Made by a program: the position numbers and the translations under genes. DNA of 64,000 bases from a virus (lineage: Duplodnaviria; Caudoviricetes): positions 96,404-160,403 of IMG/VR virus record IMGVR_UViG_3300014039_000013; one strand, written 5' to 3'. The notes under the pieces were generated by a model. It did not search any database. It worked only from the letters and a program-made list of their open reading frames with translations, and was not told the DNA's origin. Of the stretch, positions 10,239 to 18,456 are shown in pieces. Positions within the stretch are counted from its first letter, which is position 1. The number at the start of each line of letters is the position of its first letter.

Positions 10239-10532
10239 TTATATTTCTAGCCAAAGAAAATTATTGTATTTAATAATAAATTTATTTATATATTCAGAAT
10301 ATATACCATTGTAAAAGTAATCTATATGAGGTTGTGATTTAGTAACTACATATAAATTAGCTATAATCCCAGCAAGTACATTTATAAAAGGTATACATAA
10401 TAATACTATAAAAGGAAGTATATTAAACATATGAATGTTATATACTTTTTTATTATTTTTTAAATAAAGGTGTTCAGCTAGATATAACGCTATTGACAAT
10501 AAAATTAATGATATTAAATAAGTAAAAATCAT
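10239..10532 (-). CDS. Small membrane protein, paralog of 3016-3306
   Basis: Start MIFTY at 10532 aligns with MIYTY of the paralog. Confidence 0.75.
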   Translation of the reverse strand: MIFTYLISLILLSIALYLAEHLYLKNNKKVYNIHMFNILPFIVLLCIPFINVLAGIIANLYVVTKSQPHIDYFYNGIYSEYINKFIIKYNNFLWLEI

Positions 10533-10746
10533 AATTAATATTTTTCTTTTTCTAAATTTATCCAATAATCAGATTCTAAATCTTCATAGATTTCTTTAAG
10601 TTCGTTATCTGATAAATTAGAATAAATATCTTTATCTTTATAAATATTTTCAGATGTTGTTTTCATAATTAATTTCAATTAAAACCTACTAACTTAATAA
10701 AGAGCTTTATTAGAGGTTAGTAGGAATAAAACAATATATAACTTAG

Positions 10747-10819
10747 AGCTTCTGATAGGATTCAAACCTACGACACATGGAGTACAAAACCATTGCTCTA
10801 TCAACTGAGCTACAGAAGC
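10747..10819 (-). tRNA. trnT: tRNA-Thr(TGT)
   Basis: Acceptor GCTTCTG/CAGAAGC, loop TTTGTAC. Confidence 0.85.
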
Positions 10820-10879
10820 AGAATGAAATGCAAATATTTCACAACATTTGCACTTCTAAATGTTATACAATTTGAACTG

Positions 10880-10953
<74 letters not shown>

Positions 10954-11026
10954 AGGAATAAGTAAGCGTATTTCACAATAGACTTACTTAAGAAGTACAA
11001 ATAAACTTTTATAACAGATATATTTG

Positions 11027-11107
11027 TTGCATAAAGATTAGTATACAGAATCAAATTGGTATATTCTGCTTAGAAGGTAGACATAATAACCTTTATACTA
11101 ACACTGC
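11027..11107 (-). pseudogene. Degenerate tRNA (TCT anticodon)
   Basis: D-arm-like AGTATAAAGGTTATTAT and TCTAC-CTTCTAA-GCAGA retained; T and acceptor arms broken. Confidence 0.4.
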
Positions 11108-11211
11108 AGACAATTTGGTCTTATTTATTACAAACTAGACTATATCTTTCAAACGTAATGTATAACTATATTAAATATAATATTTTTAATATTATTTTCA
11201 AAATAAATTTT

Positions 11212-11745
11212 TTAATACCCGTTTTTTCTATAATATTGTAAATTTTTATCTGCTAAATCATATAATTTTTTAATATTTGTTCTTAATAGTATTTTATATT
11301 GTGTTAATACTATATCATATAACATGGTATCAGCAGAAATTCCAAAATTATTTACATCATATTTATCACATTTGTGATTTTCCCAAAATATAATTGATTC
11401 TGTATTTAAACCATAAATTCCTCCAAGGTATACTTGATCAGGAGTCATAGTTAAAATTGAATCACATCTGAACATACCTGTTTTATCTGGACTTAAATTA
11501 ATATTTTGAAATCCAGATCCCCAAGCATCTTTATGTATATTTAATAGTTGTTTTAAAGATGTTGCAACTTCAATATTTTCTAATATTTTAGGAGCATTAT
11601 GAAGTTGCTTAATATAAAGAGATACTTGTTCTTTATTTTTATTTATTTCTTTTTTATGAAATATGTTATTCCAGAGATTATTATTTTTCATGTTTTTGAA
11701 TTTTAAAGAAAATAGCGTGACCTTTAAAAAAATGCTTAAATCCAA
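11212..11745 (-). CDS. Hypothetical protein (likely start MKNNNLW)
   Basis: ORF track. Confidence 0.7.
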   Translation of the reverse strand: MDLSIFLKVTLFSLKFKNMKNNNLWNNIFHKKEINKNKEQVSLYIKQLHNAPKILENIEVATSLKQLLNIHKDAWGSGFQNINLSPDKTGMFRCDSILTMTPDQVYLGGIYGLNTESIIFWENHKCDKYDVNNFGISADTMLYDIVLTQYKILLRTNIKKLYDLADKNLQYYRKNGY

Positions 11746-11841
11746 TTCGATAACAATCTTTTAAGGAACGTGTACAAATCATAAACCAATTAGATTTACC
11801 AACGCGGTAAAATGTAATTTTATATTTTCTTTTCATTTTAA

Positions 11842-12063
11842 TTAATAAGATATTTTATTTAATGAATCTATTTGTAAAATAGCTTGATTATTATAAATAA
11901 ATATTATTGTATGTTCTCTTGGATTTATCTTAAAGGTATCAGCTTTAATATAAACAGTATCATGATAATTATTTCTAATTACAGTATACTGATGTCGTTT
12001 ACTACAACTAGAAATAATCATACATGATATTAAGAAGTAAAAATAATATTTATTAGTAATCAC
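11842..12063 (-). CDS. Putative small lipoprotein
   Basis: Hydrophobic N-terminus ending IISSC. Confidence 0.5.
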   Translation of the reverse strand: MITNKYYFYFLISCMIISSCSKRHQYTVIRNNYHDTVYIKADTFKINPREHTIIFIYNNQAILQIDSLNKISY

Positions 12064-12261
12064 AATTAACTATTTTCTTATCTTCTTTCTTGACATAATG
12101 TTCGATTTCTTCTGTTAATTCTTCAACAGTAAGAACATTTCTGTCATAGAGAATGAAAAGGCTACTCATTATCTCTGAGTTTGTCATTTTCTTTAATTTT
12201 TGAAGGATTTTTCTTTTTAGTTTTTTGATAATTTACTGCTTTATCATCATAGATAGACAAA

Positions 12262-12756
12262 TCATTTATATCTAATTTCATGTTTTCTTATTACTTTGAT
12301 GTTTACAGGAATTAATTGTGTTGTAATAGCTATAAATGAAAAGGTGTCAAGCTCTTCAGGATGATTTTTTATATTATGATAATATTGATTTTGTACTTCT
12401 GAAAACGTTCTACCTAAAACTTTAGCTACATATTTAATACCTACATTTATGTTACTAGATAAACTAGCTAATACTGCACAGAGAAATCTTACTTCTACTT
12501 CAGTCCAAAAAGCATTTTTACGTTCTTCAGGATAATTATAAAAGGAAATAGAAGAAAGTACGTCTTTTAATTTAAGTATCTCTTCCTGAGAGAACCTTTC
12601 TTCTAACAAATTTAAAGTAACTTGTCTTCTCCATACACAAGGACACTTTTTTTCAGCTATTTCTCTATAAAGAGTATTAAATTCTTTTAGGAGAATTAAA
12701 TCTTTAAGATTAATATTGTATTCTTTTGATATATTGTTGAGGCTAATTATAATCAT
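12262..12756 (-). CDS. Putative Myb/SANT-like HTH DNA-binding protein
   Basis: FWTEVEVRFL...VAKVLGRTFSEVQNQYY pattern. Confidence 0.5.
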   Translation of the reverse strand: MIIISLNNISKEYNINLKDLILLKEFNTLYREIAEKKCPCVWRRQVTLNLLEERFSQEEILKLKDVLSSISFYNYPEERKNAFWTEVEVRFLCAVLASLSSNINVGIKYVAKVLGRTFSEVQNQYYHNIKNHPEELDTFSFIAITTQLIPVNIKVIRKHEIRYK

Positions 12757-12869
12757 AATAAAAAATTTTAATGTTAATTATTTAAATATTACTACAATAT
12801 CGTAGATAATGTTTTAATAAAACAAATACCCCTATTCTCACGAACCAGAGTATATAAACATGTTGACTT

Positions 12870-13190
12870 TTATCCTTTATAATCATCATATCCCATATTA
12901 TCATAATATATTTCTTCTTGGGATTTGGCATAATAGAGATACTGACCAATAAAGTCAGCAACTTCTTGAAAGTCTTCATTGTTACCAGTAAACTGATATG
13001 GTGTGAGACTTTCAATATAAACTACTGCTCTTAGCATTTTCTCTGTAGGTTTACGCAGAGAAGTTCTTGCTTTACTAATTTTCCAATCAGGTCTATTAGC
13101 CAGCATTTTGAAGTTAAGGGCATCATTAAAAGTAGAGAATTTTGCGAGAAAATGTCCTTCTGTATCAAGGACTCTGTATAATTTTTCCAT
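12870..13190 (-). CDS. Hypothetical protein
   Basis: ORF track; A-rich Bacteroidetes-type leader. Confidence 0.7.
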   Translation of the reverse strand: MEKLYRVLDTEGHFLAKFSTFNDALNFKMLANRPDWKISKARTSLRKPTEKMLRAVVYIESLTPYQFTGNNEDFQEVADFIGQYLYYAKSQEEIYYDNMGYDDYKG

Positions 13191-13250
13191 TGTTGTTTGT
13201 TTTAAATTAATAAAAATAAGCAGTTTTATATCATGCTTAGGATAGGATAA

Positions 13251-13478
13251 TTACTCAACCACAAATTCGGCTTTTATTATCTCTTTAACTGGAATAACGT
13301 TCCAATTATTAAACATATAATTCCAGAAATACAAGTTACCTTCATCTACGAAGGTATCCTTATATCTATCACCTTCATTAAAGTTGATGAATACTTTGAT
13401 TGAAGGTAATGTTAATGTTAATTCTGCATCATTAGCGATGCAAAAATTAATTATTGTATCCAATGTTTCTTCTTTCAT
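13251..13478 (-). CDS. Hypothetical protein
   Basis: ORF track. Confidence 0.65.
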   Translation of the reverse strand: MKEETLDTIINFCIANDAELTLTLPSIKVFINFNEGDRYKDTFVDEGNLYFWNYMFNNWNVIPVKEIIKAEFVVE

Positions 13479-13697
13479 TGTTTTAAATGTTTTAAGCAGA
13501 GAGCAATATCGCTCCCTGCTTTGATGAATACTAATTTAATTTGATAGATTCCCAACTTACTCTTTTACCATTTATGATAACAGTTGGGATATCTAGAATA
13601 AGATATTCAATATCTTCTTCTTTAAGAGATACCTCATACTCTTTATTATATGCTGCTATAATGTTTTTAAGCAACATACAACTTATTTGTATTTCTA

Positions 13698-13940
13698 TTA
13701 GTATGTATAAATTGTGAAACCCTCATACATGGAAAGTTCAGATTCTTTGATGTATGTGATTTTACCAAACACCTTAGTATAATATCTCTTTTTAACAATA
13801 ATCGTCTTAGAGATTTCTACTATAGTTTTACTGTTGTGATTTCGTGCTAAATCATTACGATGAGCACGAATAGAGGATTCATAGCCCTCTGAGCTACAAA
13901 TCCTCTGTGCGTTAAATCTTCTTCTCATTTTCTTCTTCAA
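13698..13940 (-). CDS. Hypothetical protein
   Basis: ORF track. Confidence 0.6.
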   Translation of the reverse strand: MKKKMRRRFNAQRICSSEGYESSIRAHRNDLARNHNSKTIVEISKTIIVKKRYYTKVFGKITYIKESELSMYEGFTIYTY

Positions 13941-14094
13941 TTATTGAAGTGAAGCACAAAATTGCAGCAAATAATGCTGCTAAACTTATTACAATAGCAA
14001 TTCCGCTACTGTAACAATTGTCTGCTACTATAGCAACAACCACTAAGATTATTGCTATAGTAGCATACAAGAATGTTCCAATAATTCTTAACAT
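13912..14094 (-). CDS. Two-TM small membrane protein
   Basis: Two hydrophobic helices. Confidence 0.65.
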   Translation of the reverse strand: MLRIIGTFLYATIAIILVVVAIVADNCYSSGIAIVISLAALFAAILCFTSIIEEENEKKI

Positions 14095-14100
14095 AATTAT

Positions 14101-14385
14101 TTATTTATTAAGAGTTACTGCTACTGGACAGCTCTCGCTGTTGAGAGCTGAAAGAGAATCTACATAATTGAGAATCTCTTCATTAGACACTTCCTCTACT
14201 GTAGAGAGGAAAACTTTATCACATAATTTCTGATATTTATCAGACTTCTGTGAATAAAATTCAGCAGCCTCTTTATATTGAAGAGACTCTGAATGGTACT
14301 TATTAGCCTTATTGTAAAAAGTGAAGGCCATTGTAAGTGCAATGATGACTAATACAGCCATCATAAGATTTCCGAAATTTTTCAT
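14101..14385 (-). CDS. Membrane-anchored coiled-coil protein
   Basis: Start MKNFGN at 14385; N-terminal TM. Confidence 0.65.
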   Translation of the reverse strand: MKNFGNLMMAVLVIIALTMAFTFYNKANKYHSESLQYKEAAEFYSQKSDKYQKLCDKVFLSTVEEVSNEEILNYVDSLSALNSESCPVAVTLNK

Positions 14386-15415
14386 TGTTTTTTTTGTTTT
14401 TATATCCCACAATGTCGTGGGATAAGTTGTTAATTAAATTGTTTTATAGTTACGACTCCCGGATTTGAACCGTCCTCCCTGCCTTTAAAGGGTGCTTTCC
14501 TACCAGCTAGTCGCCTTCCCCTTATCCGTTATACTAATTTCAAAGTAAAAATACTTCTTATATAGTTTATCCAGCAATAAGGGAGCTGTCTTTTTTTAAT
14601 TTGGTAGACGATTGGAACAAGAACCAACTGATGATTTCTATAATCATCCTAATATAGAAGTAGGGCTACTTCAAGTTTCTTTTTGTTTGTGGGTGCCACC
14701 CGAGCAATCTGTACCTTTTAGATATACTATAGATGTACTGCTCTGAAATAAGACCTCTTTTAAATTATTAATGAGTGAGGTAACTCGTATACGTTTGATG
14801 CATATAGCTATCTTATTTTCGCTATTACAACATACTAAAAACACAGAAGCGTACAAGTCTGTGCTCATACGCTTCTGTGGCCCTTCATCTACGCAATGTC
14901 GTAGATGAATATGTTTTAATAGTTATTGGATACTAATGCGTACCCAATAACTATTTTCGGACAGCCCTTCTGTAAAAACTGCCCAAGACGGGCTAACTTC
15001 TTTTTAATGAGTTCGATGTCTTCACTCTCGAACCACACAAAATCAGTTGTTTTTTCTTGACCCCTACAATGGGTCGTTTTTACTATTTTCATATTACTTT
15101 GTTGTTTTTTTCACAGACACAGAGCCATTACTAAAATAGTAGTTTCTCTCTGTGTTTCATCAATGTGAATTTTAACGTCTCCTGGATGACGAAATTTTAT
15201 ATTTTAATTCTCGATTTACGGGAAAATAAATTTTAGTTTAACCTAAATAACTAAAAAGGTAAAAATTGTTAAAAATAAGACGTAGTTATACATCTTGTTT
15301 TTAACAATTAAAAATTTGGAATAAACGGAAAGACAAGAATCGTGGGCGAGGTTGAGTGCTCATTTTTAACCATGTTGCTCCAAGTTTTATCAACTCAGAG
15401 CAACACAGTTAATCT

Positions 15416-15913
15416 TTACGGCTGAGTTTCTTCAACCTTATCTTCTACAATGTCAATTGTCATTACTGGTGTTGACATTATTTCCATTTGTCCAAATCGT
15501 TTGGTTGTTACCCTCTGGATATTTTCAACCCTGAGAGTCTTACCAGCAAGAGCTTGCATACCAGACGCAACGGTGTCATACTTCTGAAACTCAGCTACCG
15601 CTGTGCCAGAAGCAGATACAGATTGTCCTGTTGCAAGACAATCTTTATCGTACACACGTACATTCTTGTAAAATGCACTAGTGTACAATCTCTTACCAAC
15701 ACCGTTTACATCAACAATGATGTATTCGGCAAAATACTTGCCGATTTGTTGATGAAACACCTGGTTGTATTCACTTGGCATAGTGAATGTGTCTCCTTTT
15801 TCAAAGGAGACATTTTCATCACCTTTGATGAATGTTTTGGCTGTAAAGCCAACAACCACGCTCGTATTCTCTTGTTTACGAGCAATTTCAATCTCTTTAG
15901 CTACTGTTGCCAT
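15416..15913 (-). CDS. Hypothetical early protein, probable distant paralog of 16544-17014
   Basis: Shared ASG[TS]A and AGKxxxV motifs; shared upstream element. Confidence 0.8.
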   Translation of the reverse strand: MATVAKEIEIARKQENTSVVVGFTAKTFIKGDENVSFEKGDTFTMPSEYNQVFHQQIGKYFAEYIIVDVNGVGKRLYTSAFYKNVRVYDKDCLATGQSVSASGTAVAEFQKYDTVASGMQALAGKTLRVENIQRVTTKRFGQMEIMSTPVMTIDIVEDKVEETQP

Positions 15914-15963
15914 GATCTAATTATTTTTTAATTATACATATGTGAGTATTTATCCGCGCTCAC

Positions 15964-16010
15964 TTCGCTACGATGCTATCGCAAGGTATACACCCTGCTC
16001 GTTATGAATT
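15964..16010 (-). promoter_or_regulatory. Conserved leftward promoter-like element, copy 1
   Basis: Minus strand TCATAACGAGCA-N5-TATACCTTGCGATA..TAGCGAA; near copy at 17123-17170. Confidence 0.6.
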
Positions 16011-16154
16011 AAATATAACCTGCTCGTTAGGGTCTCATTTAACTATTATTAACAATTCGTGTGTAATTAAAGAATTTTGTAGTTTGTGTATTTGTGGGTG
16101 TTATAGTGCGGTCAATTAGATAAAACGACTTAGAGTTTATTGTGAGTAAAGGCA

Positions 16155-16236
16155 TTAACTATGGTTTGCAATTGAGAAAGACATTTAACTAAATTTAACG
16201 TCAACAAATTTTTAACTATGGTTTGCAATTGAGAAA
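16155..16236. repeat. Two exact 25-nt direct repeats separated by 32 nt
   Basis: TTAACTATGGTTTGCAATTGAGAAA at 16155-16179 and 16212-16236. Confidence 0.85.
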
Positions 16237-16285
16237 AAATAAAGGGTTAACTCATTCCTTTCGGAACAAGTTAACCCTTTATTTT
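16235..16285. terminator. Long hairpin, probable bidirectional terminator
   Basis: AAAATAAAGGGTTAACT...AGTTAACCCTTTATTTT. Confidence 0.6.
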
Positions 16286-16543
16286 ATATCAAGCCCACTC
16301 TACTTTGGGAAGAGCTTTTTTCGAACCCACCATCGAAAATTCCATGCCTCATGAGTTCGGTGGCATGGATTCATAAAGTAGCCGCAATATATTAACGTTA
16401 CGGCTACTTTTAATTCTTTAAAATTCATTGTTGTGTGAATTTTAAATTAAGGGGCATAGTTTTTGCTGTTGTCATAGCCCCCCCCCATTCGGACACTTCG
16501 CTTCGGTTACTATTATTCAGCCGAAGCGGCGGCGCGGTGTACC

Positions 16544-17014
16544 TTATGCGTTCACCCACTCCATAACGAAAGCGCGTTTCGCGTAATCGTTATTGGCTTT
16601 AAGGAACGCACGGCATTGAACGACCTCAAAGACCACCTTCACCTTCTTGCCTGCGAACTTTGTCTTGAAGTCCGCTTGCAATTCGGCTCTGGTGCCCTCA
16701 CTGGTTTTGAGCCAGCTTATGAGGTCGTTTGCGGCACTGCCTGACGCAAGTGTGCGCAACCCTCCGTCTGCCAAATTTAGCGTATTCGCTAATTTGTGCA
16801 GACAAATGAGCTGCTCCCCAAGTTTACACCACAGCGTTGGCTGATAAACGCCTTTGCCGTCTGTGCGCTTCTTGGGGTTACCGCTTGCGTCCACCTGACT
16901 ATCGAAATAGTAGGTGTTTAGACTGTTCTCGTCGAGCGAGAATGTGCCTTCTGCCGTTGGTACGCCTGCGCTTGCGAGTCTTTTAACGAACTCGCCTGCG
17001 TAGATTTGTGCCAT
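16544..17014 (-). CDS. Hypothetical early protein in a GC-rich island
   Basis: Likely start MAQIYAG at 17014; visibly much more GC-rich than the rest of the window. Confidence 0.75.
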   Translation of the reverse strand: MAQIYAGEFVKRLASAGVPTAEGTFSLDENSLNTYYFDSQVDASGNPKKRTDGKGVYQPTLWCKLGEQLICLHKLANTLNLADGGLRTLASGSAANDLISWLKTSEGTRAELQADFKTKFAGKKVKVVFEVVQCRAFLKANNDYAKRAFVMEWVNA

Positions 17015-17122
17015 GCGGTCACGGTAGAGAGCGCAAATTCTACTACGCCAACAACCTGCGCCCCCTACCTTGGTATTAGGAGCTGTTGGCGAGAGCACGT
17101 ACAACACTCTTCGCTGTACGTT

Positions 17123-17170
17123 TTCGCTATGAATTTATCGAAAGGTATATTGACATGCTCGTTATGATTT
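17123..17170 (-). promoter_or_regulatory. Conserved leftward promoter-like element, copy 2
   Basis: TCATAACGAGCA-N6-TATACCTTTCGATA..TAGCGAA. Confidence 0.6.
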
Positions 17171-17216
17171 CCCATATCGATGCCCCAGGGGGGCTGATGA
17201 TATGATCTACTCCTGC

Positions 17217-17454
17217 TTTCAGAATTAAATAATTTTTTCAGAATTAAATAATTTTTAAAATTCTAAAAACTATATTATTAATACAGGGTTATTAATTTTG
17301 TTTATAAAATATTTTTTGTCCAAATAAAATTTTTAAATTATATTTATAAGTTCGGAATTAAATATAGGGGGGGATTATAAATATGAACTTTAAAAAAATA
17401 AAATAAATAATTTTTTAATTAAGAATTATTAACATTTGGTTATTTAATTCTGAA
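17217..17454. repeat. TTCRGAATTAAATA motif, three direct and one inverted copy, at the strand switch
   Basis: 19-nt tandem 17217-17254; copy 17351-17364; inverted copy 17441-17454. Confidence 0.7.
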
Positions 17455-17494
17455 CTAATAAATTAATTTTGTAATCAATAATAAATTAATAAAT

Positions 17495-17842
17495 ATGATA
17501 GAACTTTTAGAAAAATTAGCAACTGAGCTTGCAAATGCAAAGCCAGTAGTATCTGAAAATGGTAATCAGATATTTGATATAGATGGTTTAAAAATTGAAT
17601 TGAAAGAAAATGGTGATTCAATTAGTATTACATTAACTCACAATGATTTAGCAGAAGATTTTAAAAAGTGGTGTGATAAATTACCAGACGATGTCTTTGT
17701 TGAAGCTTGTGAACAAATTGAGAATATGAAAGAATTTACAGAAGATATTACTGAAGAGAAAATTTGTTTGTTTAAAAATTTAGTAGTAAATTTGATAAAG
17801 AAACACATTAAAGATTATCAGAATCTTCTAGAAACTCTTTAA
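17495..17842 (+). CDS. Hypothetical acidic protein, first gene of the suppressor-tRNA operon
   Basis: ORF track; TAATTTTG (-7-like) at 17464-17471; no TAG. Confidence 0.75.
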   Translation: MIELLEKLATELANAKPVVSENGNQIFDIDGLKIELKENGDSISITLTHNDLAEDFKKWCDKLPDDVFVEACEQIENMKEFTEDITEEKICLFKNLVVNLIKKHIKDYQNLLETL

Positions 17843-17850
17843 TAGATTAA

Positions 17851-17939
17851 GGCTCTGTGGTGTATGGTTGCACGGGTTGACTCTAAATCAATATAGCCTT
17901 CTGAGGGCGGCGGAGTGGGTTCGATTCCTACCAGGGCTT
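17851..17939 (+). tRNA. Amber suppressor tRNA (anticodon CTA), long variable arm
   Basis: Acceptor GGCTCTG/CAGGGCT; D stem GTGT/GCAC; GTTGA-CTCTAAA-TCAAT; 22-nt variable region; GTGGG-TTCGATT-CCTAC. Confidence 0.88.
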
Positions 17940-17946
17940 CTATAAT

Positions 17947-18246
17947 ATGATTATAGCAATTTACAGAATTAATAATAAGATTTACAAAACTACTAATTTA
18001 AAGAAGAGTATAAAGAATAAAAACATTAATGAGATTCTTTATCAATTAGATTATAGTGGCAATGTTCAATCTGCTGAAGATATTTTAGATAGATGGATTA
18101 AAGTAAATCTTAAAGATTATGACAAAAATTTAAAATATTATTATTTTAAAAATAGAAAAACAGGGAATGTGATCAGGTCTATATATGATAATTTAGATAA
18201 TTTAAAAAAAATTATTAAAGTATATGAATATGCAAGAATATCTTAA
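17947..18246 (+). CDS. Hypothetical protein
   Basis: ORF track; no TAG. Confidence 0.6.
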   Translation: MIIAIYRINNKIYKTTNLKKSIKNKNINEILYQLDYSGNVQSAEDILDRWIKVNLKDYDKNLKYYYFKNRKTGNVIRSIYDNLDNLKKIIKVYEYARIS

Positions 18247-18416
18247 ACAACTTTATGAATAGAGTATACATCTCTGTTAGACTATTGACAATTTAACTCA
18301 TTTAATCCATTTGGAAAATAGTCAAGAATATTTAAATTGGCATGATGAGTTAAATGATATTTCGATATCTTATTAAAAAGTATATGTAGTAGTTAAAAAT
18401 AAATTATTAATTAAAC

Positions 18417-18444
18417 AGGATGGACTTCGGTTCATCCTTTTTTT
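18417..18444 (+). terminator. Rho-independent terminator
   Basis: AGGATGGAC-TTCG-GTTCATCCT followed by T-tract. Confidence 0.85.
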
Positions 18445-18456
18445 GTTTTATAAAGT

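Noticed and set aside
14601-14670. tRNA-like element ending CCA on the minus strand
   Set aside because: Only a 4-bp acceptor match and a non-canonical T loop
17190-17210. tmRNA-like 5' end GGGGCTGAT
   Set aside because: No matching 3' acceptor/T arm or tag frame; downstream is AT-rich repeat
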